Below, in pieces: positions 34,073 through 48,619 of a stretch of DNA of 64,000 nucleotides. Both the position numbers and the translations under genes were made by a program. The notes beneath the pieces were generated by a model. It was given only the letters and a program-made list of their open reading frames with translations. It was not told where the DNA came from and did no database searches. Within the stretch, counting starts at the first letter, position 1. Every line of letters starts with the position of its first letter. Source of the stretch: Mytilus trossulus (Eukaryota); contig NC_086380.1 of the NCBI RefSeq assembly GCF_036588685.1, positions 15,562,001-15,626,000 on the forward strand, written 5' to 3'.

Positions 34073-34715
34073 TTTTTGTTTTTTAAAGATCGTTATGTTA
34101 ATCTCTACATGTATCTCTAGATTTTTTTAACAAGTATTAACCCAAATCTCTTTTAATTATTATTTGTAAATTTCATGTCTTATTTTTTTTGTTACAATCA
34201 GACCAACTACACCATCCTCCTGGAAAATCAAAATCAAATAGAGTCTTGATGATTTCAGACCACATTTAACTAATAAGATAATATTATTTTGCTTTGCCTT
34301 GTTTTATCTTATTTCGTTTTTGTTTTGTTTCAATTTGTTTTGTTTTGTTCAATTTGTTTTGTTTTGTTTCAATTTATTTTGTTTTGTTTTTGTTTTATCT
34401 TATTTTGCTTGGTGTGTGAGTGTGATGTGTTATTTAATTCCAAGAATGTAACACACTTTTCATTTTATGTTTTTTTCCCATGTTATGACCCGTACTTGTC
34501 ATTTGGCATTGATACTACATGTCGTGAAGTAGTATGACATGGCTACTTTCTTGTTAATTAGACATTAAAAAGTCAAATAATTATATTACATATTAAGTTA
34601 AGTTGGAAAAACATATATTGATTTGTAGGTATCTAAAGGCATTTGCCCTTGCATTTAATTAAACAGTCAAATAAATATCCGTATATCGCATACCCATGTA
34701 TTAATTTCGTCGTGT

Positions 34716-35122
34716 ATACAGCTACTTTTGCATAGGTACTATTTCTGTACTAAAAATTTGTAGTACTGGAAATTTACTTTTAATATTCAGTACTATTTTG
34801 TTACTTTAAAATTATTGTAATATTTAGGTACCTTTATTTTACAGTACTTAATTTGTACTTGAAATTTAGGTACTACAGTTTTTTGTTTACTACCGTTACA
34901 TTTTCAGCATTTTGAAAGGTTTTCGATTTCAAATCTCTTAAAATTATGATTTTCAAACAGGGAATATTGTATTATTTCGTACAAATCAAGTACTGTAAAA
35001 TACAAATACCTAAATATTTCAATACTCTTAAAGTAAAGAAATAGTACAAAATATTAAAAGTAAATTTCCAGTACTACATATTTTTAGTACTGAAATAGTA
35101 CCTATAAAAAAGTAGCTGTGTA
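34716..35122. mobile_element. Foldback MITE with long TIRs
   Basis: TACAGCTACTTTT..ATAGGTACTATTTC.GTACTAAAAAT.TGTAGTACTGGAAATTTACTTTTAATATT mirrored at 35050-35120; inverted similarity continues inward. Confidence 0.8.
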
Positions 35123-35539
35123 CCAAGTCAGGAATATGACAGTTGTTGTCCATTCGTTTGATGCGTTTTATCATTTGATTTTGCCATTTGAGTAGGTACT
35201 TTCCGTTTTGAATTTTTCTTGGATTTGAGTATTTTTGTGATTTTACTTTTTTCTTTATATAATTACATTTTTCGGCACGGAAGATTTGCATGTCTATAAT
35301 GTTAGATTTGACATTTCAATGCTCGTTATAGACTTATTACTTAACTTAAAGAAAAGAGATCTATATAAACTTATTATAAATACCAGGATTGAAGACGAAG
35401 ATGTGGTACGAGTGTCAATGCTACATTGTTATACTGACATGATACCTCCAACTTGCTTTAAATTTGTAATCGAGAGTAAACGTCAACAAGACAACAACCC
35501 AACGACAAAAATATCACAAAAAAAAATATATATAGAGCG

Positions 35540-37900
35540 AAACTAGAGCCTGTGTCGCTCAACTTGGTCTATGTGAATGTTAAAAAAGGAAGCAGATGGG
35601 GAAGCAGATGGATTCATGACAAATTGTGTTTTGGTGATGGCGATATTTTTGTAGATCTTACTTTACTGAACATTCTTGCTGCTTACAATTATTTCTATCT
35701 GTAATGAACTTGGTCCAGTAGTTTCAGTGGAAAATGTTAGTAAAAATTTACAAATTTTATGAAAATTTTTAAAAATTGACTATAAAGGACAATAACTCCT
35801 TAGGGGTCAATTGACCATTTTGGTAATGTTGATTTAATTTTAGGTCTTACTTTGGCTGTACATTATTGCTGTTAACAGTTTATCTCTATCTATAAAAATA
35901 TTCAAGAATATAACAAAAACAGCAAAATTTCCTTAAAATTACCAATTCAGGGACAGCAAACCCAACAATGAATTGTCTGGTTCATCTGAAAATTTCACGA
36001 CAGTAGATCTTGACCTAATAAACAATGTGATCCCATGTCAGATTTGCTCTAAATGCTTTAGCTTTTATACGCCCGTCGTCTTTAAGACGGGACGTATTAT
36101 GGTATACCGTCGTCCGTCCGTCGTCCACACTTCGGACAATAACTCAAAAACACTTTGACCAATTTCCAAGAAACTAAAGTAAATTGTTTATATCTATTGA
36201 CGTAAGCTCCCTTTCGTTTTTTTTTTTTTAATTTCAGATTTTAAGTTTTGGATTTATGGGGCTTTATTCATAAAATAAGTCCGTCCGTCCGTCGTCCACA
36301 CTTCGGACAATAACTCAAAAACACTTTCACATATTTCCATGAAACTTGAGTGAATTGTTTATATCTATTGACGTAAGCTCCCTTTCGTTTTTTTTTTTTA
36401 ATTTCAGATTTTAAGTTTTGGATTTATGGGGCTTTATTCATAAAATAAGTCCGTCCGTCCGTCCGTCCGTCGTCCACACTTCGGACAATAACTCAAAAAC
36501 ACTTTCACATATTTCCATGAAACTTGAGTGAATTGTTTATATCTATTGACGTAAGCTCCCTTTCGTTTTTTTTAATTTCAGATTTTAAGTTTTGGATTTA
36601 TGGGGCTTTATTCATAAACTAGAGGCTCCAAAGAGCCTGTGTCGCTCACCTTGGTCTATGTGAATATTAAACAAAGGAAGCAGATGGATTCATGACAAAA
36701 TTGTGTTTTGGTGATGGTGATGTGTTTGTAAATCTTACTTTACTAGTCTTGCTGCTTACATTTATCTCTATCTATAATGAACTTGGCCCAGTAGTTTCAG
36801 TGGAAAATGTTAATAAAAATTTACAAATTTTATGAAAATTGTTAAAAATTGACTATAAAGGACAATAACTCCTTAGGGGGTCAATTGACCATTTCGGTCA
36901 TGTTGACTTATTTGTAAATCTTACTTTGCTGAACATAATTGCTGTTTACAGTTTATCTCTATCTATAATAAAATTTAAGATAATAACCAAAAACAGCAAA
37001 ATTTCCTTAAGATTACCGATTCAGGGGCAGCATCCCAACAATGGGTTGTCAGATTCATCTGAAAATTATAGGGCAGATAGATCTTGATCTGATTAATAAT
37101 TTTACCCCGTGTTGGATTTGCTCTAAATGCTTTGGTTTTTGAGTTATAAGCCAAAAACTGCATTTTACCCCTATGTTCTATTTTTAGCTGTGGCGGCCAT
37201 CTTGATTTGATAGTCGGGTCACCGGACACATTTTTAAAACTAGATACCCCAAAGATGATTATTGCCAAGTCTGGATTAATTTGGCCCCGTAGTTTCAGAG
37301 GAGAAGATTTTTGTAAAAGATTACTAAGATTTAGGAAAAATGGTTAAACATTGACTATAAAGGGCAATAACTACTAAAGGGGTCAACTGACCATTTCGAT
37401 CATGTTGACTTGTTTGTAAATCCTACTTTGCTGAACATTATTACAGTTTACAGTTTATCTCTATCTATAATAATATTCAAGATAATAACCAAAAACAGCG
37501 AAATTTCCTTAAAATCACCAATTCCGGGGCAGTTCCCCAACAACGGGTTGTCCGATTCATTTGAAAATTTCAGGGCAGATAGATCTTGGCCTGATAAACA
37601 ATTTCACCCCATGTCAAATTTGCTTTAAATGCTTTGGTTTTTGAGCCAAACACTGCATTTTACCCGTATGTTCTATTTTTAGCCATGGCGGCCATCTTTG
37701 TTGGTTGACCGGGTCACCAAACACATTTTTTAAACTAGATACCCTAATGATAATTGTGGCCAAGTTTGATTTAATTTGGCCCAGGAGTTTCAGAGGAGAA
37801 GATTTTTGTAAAAGTTAACAGACGACGACGACGACGTTCGACGGACGACGGATGCAAAGTGATGAGAAAAGCTTACATGGCCCTTTGGGCCAGGTGAGCT
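35540..37900 (+). mobile_element. Nested Helentron-associated (HINE/DINE-1-like) non-autonomous elements
   Basis: Partial copy 35540-36060. A different element at 36063-36615 has a hairpin CCCGTC..GACGGG, (GTCC)n and three ~175-bp repeats. Full copy 36617-37900 with AACTAGAGGCTC..GCTCACC, internal tandem core, (GAC)n and terminal GGCCCTTTGGGCC-AGGTGAGC. Class assignment is inferred from structure. Confidence 0.75.
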
Positions 37901-38081
37901 TATAAATTCCATTTCAATTAAAAGGTGTCTATATAATATGCCGGGCTCTGAATCTAACCCAACTCTATAAACAGTTGTTAACCTATTTAATTAAAAAATA
38001 CACAGAAACTATCAAAAGATCTAAAAATTCTCAAAATAGAAGATACTCTATAAGATCAGATATGACATTACACAACCATGA

Positions 38082-39304
38082 GAGCCGGGGTGTAGTGATT
38101 AGTGCATCGGACTACTAAGGGGACGACCATTTGATATTCTGGGGGGGGGGGGGGGCAGGAGGATTTTGAAAATAAATTACTCAGCCTTGATAATTACAAA
38201 AATAAATGGTTTGTTCTTTGGTAGTTTGAAAATAAATATCATGACTTGCAATGTATTGAAAATAAATAACTCAGCAGGTCTGTAGCTTCTTAGGCCTTCA
38301 ACAGTTCCAAAACCCTTCAAAAAAAATATTGCCTCGCTCCGCTCGGCGAAATATGTTCCAAAACCTTTCAAAAAATTTGTTGCCTCGCTCCGCTCGGCAA
38401 AATTTGATAATTTAACAGTACTTTTGAAAGAGGCTCTAGGTAAAACCAAACTTTAATACTATGTATGTATGCATGTAGGCAATACATGTATATTGTTTGG
38501 GAATTTGAATAATTCATTTCATGAAGAAAAGTATAAAAGACTTAAACTAATTATACCAAATGTCTTTTATAATATACTATATATTTGTGTTTCGTTTGTC
38601 CTGTCTCGCTATGTATTATCTTAAAATGTTGTATATTATATTGTCCTCTTGTACACAAGCATGTGTCTGACTGTTATGAATAAAATCTTGAATCTTAAAA
38701 TTTCTGCAGGGGATAATGATTAATTTTGATTAAATGGTACACAATAACTTGACTATGCAACATGTATTATTCATATTTAACAAATATTTTAAAAATTGTA
38801 TGTTTTTCGAATATCATAAATATCATAAATATAGTTGTGAAAATGAATAATCAGTCCCTTGTTTTAATGAAAATGAAAAATCGTGCTTCAATAGTACAGA
38901 AAACGAATAATCTGTCATCTCAGTTTACAAAAATAAATAACCGATCAAAAACAAATCCTCCTGTCCCCCCCTCCCCCAGAATATCAAATGGTCGTCCCCT
39001 AACACAAAGGTTCCTAGTTCGATTCCTGTCTGGGATGAAAATTTCAGGAACTCAATTTTCGGCTCTCCATTGACACCATTTCCGAGTATGGTCTTGGGGA
39101 AACGATGATAGTCCGTCGGAAGGGGACGATAAATGGCTGAACCGTGTTAAGAGAGAGCCATATCTCATGCACGTTAAAGACACCCTTGTAGTTTTTGCCG
39201 CTACAAGTCAGCACTCGCAACCGCAAAGTGGAAAGGGATTAATATAAGTTGCAAAACTTGTTTCCCAATCCACTATAAATAAATATGTTTAAACTAAACT
39301 AAAC
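38082..39304 (+). mobile_element. tRNA-derived SINE with Deu/Nin-type core, split by a MITE
   Basis: A-box-like GGTGTAGTGATTAG at 38089. After the insert: B box GTTCGATTCC (39017), core CCGTCGGAAGGGGACGATAAA..TGCACGTTAAAGA.ACCC, and (TAAAC)n tail. Confidence 0.75.
38119..38999. mobile_element. PIF/Harbinger-like MITE, 881 bp
   Basis: TIR GGGGACGACCATTTGATATTCTGGGGG / CCCCCAGAATATCAAATGGTCGTCCCC; TAA TSD. Confidence 0.92.
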
Positions 39305-40550
39305 CATTATACTTAGGAAGTTGCTTGCTTTTGGCAGACACATGAGTATATGGAGTAAACGGAGTTTAAGCTAGTTTTTTTTAAATCTCAACCATGATCC
39401 TATCCCCCCTTTTATTTGCCGGTGCCTCCCAAACGAGAAAAAAAGACGTTATATTACTTTTGTATTGTTATTCAAATCATCCGCATGTTAGTATCAATAT
39501 TTTTAATTCTATACATACTACATGTATAAAGACTTAACAAAAGTCGGGGGAAATCTCGACAGTGGATTTATAAGAATAAATCTAAATATCAATGAAAAAT
39601 GCTTCAATACATCTTAACAATCAAAAAAGATAAAATTTCATGCTTGATTAATTGTAAAATATTTAAAATTGTGGTTTTCTCCTTTATACCCTCCATTTAA
39701 ATTCGTTATAACGTAAAAATCGATTGTTTGGAATACATTACTATCACTGGGTATTTGACAGTTTAAACGGATTTATAACAAGTGTCATCTGTATATATAC
39801 ATGTATAAACACCAGTCTACTGTCTGTTTGTACATGTATAATCCGATTTTAGAATATTCAGTAACAACAATAGATAAAAATGTAGATGTGTTTGTTTTCC
39901 GTTCATCAGTACTACCTGTGTATGTTAAATAAGGCACAGTTTTTATCAATAATAATAGCATGTTGTTTAGAAATCTTGGATGAAAATTGTGTAGAGATAA
40001 TTAACCTTGGAATAAAAGGCCAACGTAGTGAGATTCAGAATTCAGGTGAGTAATGTTTCATAAGTAACTTTATATGTAAGAATACGGCCATTTATGACCA
40101 GTAAAAGGGGATATACTAGTTGTGTTGATGAAGATGACTATCTATAATAATGAGATTTCGTCATGGTCATATTCGACAAGCACGCGAATTCCAATAGATA
40201 TGAATGTTAATTTTGATTATTAAACAACATTTATAAGATTTCAAAGATTTCTTGTATATTTTACGAGATTTATCTCGTGATATTCCTATTCGTTCTTCAA
40301 TAATAATATTTTAAAGAAGTTTTCTAGACATTTAGCTACACTGTTTCAATTTTCGCCCTGGACGATAGCGCTTACATCAATTGAATAAATATACAGGAGA
40401 TTGGAAAAACATCCGGTTTTCTTTAAGTATAAACACTATTCATTTATAAATTATTTAAAAATTATAACAATATTTATCATTGGGAAATTATAACAATGTA
40501 ATAGTACAATTTTACAAAAGGTTTTCTTCAAATTGTAGATATTATTTAAC

Positions 40551-41129
40551 ATGTCGGACGGTACAGAAATATTAAACAGAATTTATAACCCGAATCTTGC
40601 CCATGTGCTACATCCTGTTACTCTTCAGCATATGGCCAGAGAATGGCTGAAGGAAGATACACCGAACTTTGATTATGGTGGTTTTGTGGTTGGAGAAAAG
40701 GAAGAAACGGCGTTGCTATTGATGAAGGGGGAGGGCGTTTTAGCAGGAGTACCATTTTTCAATGCTGTCTTTAAGGAATTGGAATGTACAGTTACATGGA
40801 ACGAAGTGGAGGGAAACTTTATTGAACCAATTAAATGTGTTGCTACTGTGTTCGGAAAAGTCCGTCAACTTTTACTCGGTGAGAGAGTAGCATTAAACTG
40901 TCTTTCAAGAGCAAGTGGAATCGCTACATTAGCTAGAAGATTGCATAACGTAGCAGACGACGCTGGGTGGAAAGGTCAGATTGCTGGAACAAGGAAGACA
41001 ACTCCTGGATTTAGGCTTGTAGAAAAATATGCTCTTTTAGTGGGAGGAGTCTCCACACATAGATACGACCTTTCCTCTATGATAATGCTTAAAGACAACC
41101 ATATATGGACAGCCGGAAGTATTAGTAAA
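40551..41129 (+). CDS. QPRT: Quinolinate phosphoribosyltransferase (nicotinate-nucleotide pyrophosphorylase), coding exon 1
   Basis: [50 protein letters not shown]. Donor AAA|GTATGT at 41130. Acceptor TTGTAG just upstream of the ATG and a candidate 5'UTR donor CAG|GTGAGT at 40046. Confidence 0.96.
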
Positions 41130-42119
41130 GTATGTATTTTGTTTTTAGAAAAAAACCTTTTAATTTAATTTATGACCTTATATAATCAGACATAGCCATA
41201 CTGCTAATGTATTGCACTTTTACACCACTGTCCCAGGTTGCGGAGAGAGTTAGGCCCCTAAAAAACATGTTTTAACCCTGCCGCCACATTCCGTCCGTAT
41301 TTGTCCAAGGTTAATTAAGAGTGTGCTGTCGTATGTCATATTTGTTTTTTCGTTTATTTTGTATCTAAATCAGGCCTTAAGTTTTCTCGTTTGTGGTCAT
41401 TTCGTTCCCTTTTTTTATATAGCTTTTGCGGTTTTAGTGTTGATTATTGATGAAGACCATAATGGTGGTGTATACAATTTTGAACTTCTACGTCTTTTTG
41501 ATCTCTGGTTGAGATTTGTCTCGTTGGCATTCATACCACATCTTCTTTTCATTTTCAACTATGTGTATTGGTCATTTCATTTGAAAAAAAAATTTATTTT
41601 TTAAAGAATAGGTTTAGTGATATATTTAATTTCTTTTCATAAAATTTCATCCCAACCCGTTATCAAAAGTAGCACTTTATGATAAAATACCCATCTTAAT
41701 TGACAGGCATTATAAGTTTAAAAACAGAGGATTAAGTTTTAGGTTAGCCCAAATATTGTATTTATTTGTGTTTGTAATCGAAAAATTCCATTCATATTTG
41801 AACCGCAATCAACACAATTTACTAGTACAGAAACACTTTTAATATAATAGATTTGAAATTATCCATTTAATTCCTTTCACAATGTCAATATTGGTTTTCA
41901 GTTAATAGTAAATTAAAAAGTGGTTAAAAGTTAATTTAAAATGATATATGGCTAAAGTTCATTATATATTTTCACGTATATGAACCCGACCATTCTATAT
42001 AAGTGTAGACTTTTCTGTAACAATTTATTGACTTTAGGGAATATTAAAAGATATGAATTAATGACACTTTTGAATATATACTATTCAGAGAAGTAAAGGC
42101 CAAAATCGAAAGTTTTATA

Positions 42120-43636
42120 GACAATAGACAATACTTTATTAATAAACCTCAGACACATAGGTGTACAAGAGGACATCATATATACACGTATACACATGTT
42201 TATACTCAATACATTCACACTAAACATAATAATGCTACATACATGGTAAAATATAGCAAAAAGTCAATTTACAAACTACCATAACATTCAACTAAAACAA
42301 AAAAAAAGACTAACATAAATTACAATTATCGTGTAAGAATTTTTAAAAATATTGCTATGTTTTTGTAAAGTGTTACATGACAAAATTTTAAAAGCTGTTT
42401 CAATGTGTACTCCATTGGATTTGCAGTATAATATTGTGGTATATATTTATGTCTAAGCAGTTTTATTTCCTGTTTTTGACATTTAAAAAGATAATGAAAT
42501 TCATTTCCTATTCCATTTCCACAAAGATGACAAATTCGTGCATTTTTTTGAATTCCGGACCATCTTCCCGTTTCTACAGGAATTTTTAAATTTGAACATC
42601 TGAGTTTTGCCATATAAGTCCTGCCACACAGCTTCAACTTTATCAAAAAGGTTTCCAAACGAAATTCCTCTTTATAAAATGAATAAAATGCACCTCTTGA
42701 AGAGTTATTCATTAGTGAAAACCAATGTTGGATGAATTGGTCATTCAGTTTTTGTGATATAATGTTCTTTAATCCCAGTTTATCCAATGGAAGTTGATTT
42801 TGCCAAATAAAACTAATTCCATTTTCGTCAAATATGGATTTAACGTACGTAATCCATTTAAATTTTGTAGGTTTTTGAAAATGTAATTTAAGCATTAATT
42901 TATACATAATGGAAGATAACTTGTTATTTTCCGATAACAAGTTATTCCAAAACAACACCATTTTACGTTTAACAATGGTTTCCAAAGGGAATCTTCCGAG
43001 TTCCCCATACACCATATAATTTGGTGTACTGCTTCTTAATTTCAAAATGTTTTTGCAAAATTGAAGGTGTATTTTCTCAATGCTTTCTTTATTTTCAAAT
43101 CCCCATACCTCTGAAGCATATAATAAAACAGGACTAACCAATGAGTCAAAAAGTTTTAGCTGCAAATCGACGGGAATACATATATTTTTTTATTTTTCGG
43201 TATATAGCATGCAAAGACTTCTGTGCTTGAACAAGAAGTCTTTTTCGTGCTGTACAAAAGCTACCGTTGTAATTGAAAAGTACACCAAGGTAGCAGTAGG
43301 AATCAACTATTTCAATTTTTTCACCATATATCATAAAATTCTGAATTCTTTTTACTTTCCTCTTACTAAAAATCACTGCTTTGGTTTTGCTTGTGTTAAT
43401 CTTAAGCTTCCATTTTTTACAATATTCTTCAAAACATACAAGGTTTTTTTGTAATCCTTCTGCACTTTCAGACAATAGCGCAGTATCATCTTCGTACAGT
43501 ATAATAAACAATTTAGCATACATTTCTAATGATTCCAAGCACAGCTTTGAAATATTATCTAGACTTTCTATATTGTTTTCCACAAAATAACTTTCTAAAT
43601 CATTTAGAAACAAAGAAAATAAAAAGGTGATAAATT
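42120..43636 (-). mobile_element. 5'-truncated non-LTR retrotransposon (RT C-terminal half plus Cys/His tail; RTE-X/CR1-group-like), intronic
   Basis: NLSPFLFSLFLNDL, LYEDD (YADD variant), SKTK, YLG, one frameshift at ~43150, YGELGRFPL, ETGRW, CHLC..EFHYLFKC; AATAAA-containing tail. Confidence 0.9.
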
Positions 43637-43786
43637 ATACATAATTAAAACTGATATTGATGAGTAGTTGTCTTATAGTTAGAATTTTTCCTGTTATCAT
43701 CTAAAAGTTGGCGTTCCAAGAAGGCGAGTTAATTCTTTTATTCCTCGGATTGAATGAAATGGTTCTATTCTGTATTGTGTTTGGTA

Positions 43787-44392
43787 TGAAATGCTTAGAA
43801 GACAAAACATTGTCTCAACACGTGTTCCTATCAGACCTGACGTGTCTGTATTAGGTTTGATTTGAAATGCTTAGAAGACAAAACATTGTCTCAACACGTG
43901 TTCCTATCAGACCTGACGTGTCTGTATTAGGTTTGATTTGAAATGCTTAGAAGACAAAACATTGTCTCAACACGTGTTCCTATCAGACCTGACGTGTCTG
44001 TATTAGGTTTGATTTGAAATGCTTAGAAGACAAAACATTGTCTCAACACGTGTTCCTATCAGACCTGACGTGTCTGTATTAGGTTTGATTTGAAATGCTT
44101 AGAAGACAAAACATTGTCTCAACACGTGTTCCTATCAGACCTGACGTGTCTGTATTAGGTTTGATTTGAAATGCTTAGAAGACAAAACATTGTCTCAACA
44201 CGTGTTTCTATCAGACCTGACGTGTCTGTATTAGGTTTGATTTGAAATGCTTAGAAGACAAAACATTGTCTCAACACGTGTTTCTATCAGACCTGACGTG
44301 TCTGTATTAGGTTTGATTTGAAATGCTTAGAAGACAAAACATTTTCTCAACACGTGTCTTTGCTTTGAAGTTCCCATCAGACCGGACGTGTC
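43787..44392. repeat. 76-bp tandem repeat, about 8 near-identical units
   Basis: Units start at 43788, 43864, 43940 and so on. Confidence 0.95.
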
Positions 44393-44719
44393 AGTGTACT
44401 AATACATCCACACAGATAAACGGACGCGTACAATACGTGTTATCCTTATATCCCTAGTGATATTTAGAACCATCTTCAATCTCCTTTGAGATTAATGTGT
44501 GTGTTTGTTAACTGTGAACAATATTGTAGTCAACATAGATTTCATTTTGCGTACATCTCGGTGTTTTTTTTTTTTTTATAAAAATAAACTAATTTAATGT
44601 TTCACCTCGACCGCTTTAACATTTGCGTTTCTTCTAACTTCATTATACATGTACCTATTGTGTCTTCCGTGTATAAAGTTGCTGCGTCTACTGTTAGCTT
44701 TCTGTTAAAGAAAGGATTT

Positions 44720-47700
44720 TTTTTTTAAAATGGGGAAATGTTATATGTGTACCAATATGACATCTAACCACCACAGACCGAATGACTTTTTTGTGAATTT
44801 GTAAAAAAAAATGGGGTGATGTTATATGTGTACCAATACGACATCTATCCACCACAGACGGATAGACTTTTTTGTGAATTTGTAAAAAAAAATGGGGTGA
44901 TGTTATATGTGTACCAATACGAGATCTATCCACCACAGACGGATAGACTTTTTTGTGAATTTGTAAAAAAAAAATGGGGTGATGTTATATGTGTACCAAT
45001 ACGACATCTATCCACCACAGACGGATAGACTTTTTTGTGAATTTGTAAAAAAAAAATGGGGTGATGTTATATGTGTACCAATACGACATCTATCCACCAC
45101 AGACGGATAGACTTTTTTGTGAATTTGTAAAAACAAATTGGGGTGATGTTATATGTGTACCAATACGACATCTATCCACCACAGACGGATAGACTTTTTT
45201 GTGAATTTGTAAAAACAAATTGGGGTGATGTTATATGTGTACCAATACGACATCTATCCACCACAGACGGATAGACTTTTTTGTGAATTTGTAAAAAAAA
45301 AATATGGGGAGAGGTTATATGTGTACCAATACGACATCTATCCACCACAGACGGATAGACTTTTTTGTGAATTTGTAAAAAAAAATGGGGTGATGTTATA
45401 TGTGTACCAATACGACATCTATCCACCACAGACGGATAGACTTTTTTGTGAATTTGTAAAAAAAAATGGGGTGATGTTATATGTGTACCAATACGAGATC
45501 TATCCACCACAGACGGATAGACTTTTTTGTGAATTTGTAAAAAAAAAATGGGGTGATGTTATATGTGTACCAATACGACATCTATCCACCACAGACGGAT
45601 AGACTTTTTTGTGAATTTGTAAAAAAAAAATGGGGTGATGTTATATGTGTACCAATACGACATCTATCCACCACAGACGGATAGACTTTTTTGTGAATTT
45701 GTAAAAACAAATTGGGGTGATGTTATATGTGTACCAATACGACATCTATCCACCACAGACGGATAGACTTTTTTGTGAATTTGTAAAAACAAATTGGGGT
45801 GATGTTATATGTGTACCAATACGACATCTATCCACCACAGACGGATAGACTTTTTTGTGAATTTGTAAAAAAAAATGGGGTGATGTTATATGTGTACCAA
45901 TACGACATCTATCCACCACAGACGGATAGACTTTTTTGTGAATTTGTAAAAAAAAATGGGGTGATGTTATATGTGTACCAATACGAGATCTATCCACCAC
46001 AGACGGATAGACTTTTTTGTGAATTTGTAAAAAAAAAATGGGGTGATGTTATATGTGTACCAATACGACATCTATCCACCACAGACGGATAGACTTTTTT
46101 GTGAATTTGTAAAAAAAAAATGGGGTGATGTTATATGTGTACCAATACGACATCTATCCACCACAGACGGATAGACTTTTTTGTGAATTTGTAAAAACAA
46201 ATTGGGGTGATGTTATATGTGTACCAATACGACATCTATCCACCACAGACGGATAGACTTTTTTGTGAATTTGTAAAAACAAATTGGGGTGATGTTATAT
46301 GTGTACCAATACGACATCTATCCACCACAGACGGATAGACTTTTTTGTGAATTTGTAAAAAAAAAATATGGGGAGAGGTTATATGTGTACCAATACGACA
46401 TCTATCCACCACAGACGGATAGACTTTTTTGTGAATTTGTAAAAAAAAATGGGGTGATGTTATATGTGTACCAATACGACATCTATCCACCACAGACGGA
46501 TAGACTTTTTTGTGAATTTGTAAAAAAAATATGGGGAGAGGTTATATGTGTACCAAAACGACATCTATCCACCACAGACCGAATGACTTTTTTTTGAATT
46601 TGTAAAAAAAATATGGGGAGAGGTTATATGTGTACCAATATGACATCTATCCACCACAGACGGAATAACTTTTTTGTGAATTTGTAAAAAAAAATTGGGT
46701 GATGTTATATGTGTACCAATACGACATCTATCCACCACAGACGGTTAGACTTTTTTGTGAATTTGTAAAAAAAAATGGGGTGATGTTATATGTGTACCAA
46801 TACGACATCTATCCACCACAGACGGTTAGACTTTTTTGTGAATTTGTAAAAAAAAATGGGGTGATGTTATATGTGTACCAATACGACATCTATCCACCAC
46901 AGACGGTTAGACTTTTTTGTGAATTTGTAAAAAAAATTGGGGTGATGTTATATGTGTACCAATACGACATCTATCCACCACAGACGGATAGACTTTTTTG
47001 TGAATTTGTAAAAAAAAATGGGGTGATGTTATATGTGTACCAATACGACATCTATCCACCACAGACGGATAGACTTTTTTGTGAATTTGTAAAAAAAAAT
47101 TTGGGGAGAGGTTATAAGTAAGTAAGTAATTTGTTTATTATAGTGACTTGTGAACATAAATATAATACAATTACAAAGTTTATAGTCAAAGTTACACCCG
47201 GCCCATTGGACCTATAAGTCACCTTTTTAAAATATCAGTAAGGTTAAACATAATCACGTTATACATGTATATATACACAATTTCTCAAATCATTTGAAAT
47301 TAAAGTTCAAAAAGTTAGAATAAATATACACAAAAATTAAATGTTCATAGATTATATAGCACCTGACGTCGGATATGAAATGCACGAACGATATATTTTG
47401 CTAATTTTCTTGTGTGAAGAGACATTAAAATGTTCAGTTTTTGTTCATGATTCAGATCTAAGAAGAGTTCTGTAGTTAAAAGTTCACCAAAAATGTTATT
47501 TCGACAATTCAAATAAAGCGGACAATTAAAGATAAAGTGTAGTTCAGTTTCGGCTTCTTGAAGATTACAAAAAATACAAAGTCTTTCCTCAGGTTTTTCA
47601 CTTGAATATCTGCCTGTTTCAACTCTTAATGGTAAAATTCCACATCTTAACTGTGCCAAGTACGACCGTTCAACTTTACTTAAATTTAATTCAATATAGT

Positions 47701-47783
47701 GTTCAGTTTCGAAAATAGTTATATGTGTACCAATATGACATCTATCCACCACAGACCGAATGACTTTTTTGTGAATTTGTAAA
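44720..47783. repeat. 84-bp satellite-like array, about 29 units, with higher-order periodicity; last unit split by a LINE fragment
   Basis: GGGGTGATGTTATATGTGTACCAATACGACATCTATCCACCACAGACGGATAGACTTTTTTGTGAATTTGT(A)n. Variant units (GAGATC, AAAACAAATT, GGAGAGG) recur in the same order. Confidence 0.97.
47117..47717 (-). mobile_element. Heavily 5'-truncated LINE with (TTAC)n tail and GTTATA TSD
   Basis: FETEHYI..RSYLAQLRCGILPLRVETGRY..CIFC..ETELHFIFNCPLY. GTTATA at 47111-47116 and 47718-47723. Confidence 0.85.
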
Positions 47784-48619
47784 TTCACCGTACGGCCTTC
47801 AACAATGAGCAAACCTCACACAACATGGCAAGCCTTGAAAGACCATTAATGTTTAATCACAGAACTTGATGAATATAGACACTTGTGTATTATTGCAAAT
47901 CACATCTTGACTAGTTTTTTTTTGTATTGTGTGTTTATCTTGTTGTGTTTTTGGCATATTTTATTTTATTATATTTGATAAAATCTTGCATAAATGACTA
48001 ATTTAGAGGACATCGGATTACAAATCTAGTTGTAGACATCAGTTCAAGTCACTGACCTTATAAATACATACTTTTAGGATTAACCATGTACTAAACAAGT
48101 GCGATTCTTAATGGGATTTAACTTATTATGTTTATTATATTTTTTGTTGAATAACCATAAAAGAGGAAAAACCTACAAAACCAGCCCATAAATGAAACCC
48201 TCAGTTGCCAGAAAGGTCAATGTGCTATAAATACAGTTGTATATACATTTTAATTGCTTATTGTTTCTACTCTGTATTGAAACGAAAGAGAGAGAGGTTA
48301 GTCACCGTTCTTTCTATTCCCTTTGTCTGTTGAGGTGTTTTTTTTAAAAAGGTATGTCGGATTTTGGGTATTAATTTCGTTTTGTCTGCATTTTTTGTGT
48401 TTGTTTTCTTTTGTCTCTTGACTTATGCTCTTCTGCTTGTTATAGTTATTTGTGTTTGGTACTGCATGGTTTGCCCAGTTAACCTCGCTATGCTGCGATG
48501 CAAACCCAATATTATATAAAAAAGGTAAAGTGTAACAATGGCGAGGGGAACTCCCAATTATATTTCTTTTAAAGTATTTGCATTTTTAAATCTTACGAAA
48601 TTCAAGAGAAACTTGACGA

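Noticed and set aside
38082-39030. tRNA gene
   Set aside because: No complete cloverleaf; followed by a SINE core and tail, and interrupted by a MITE.
44694-47121. Repetitive ORFs (YVYQYDIYPPQTDRLFCEFVKK / VDRCRIGTHITSPHFF)
   Set aside because: Artefacts of an 84-bp unit; frames are broken by variable A-runs and lie inside a QPRT intron.
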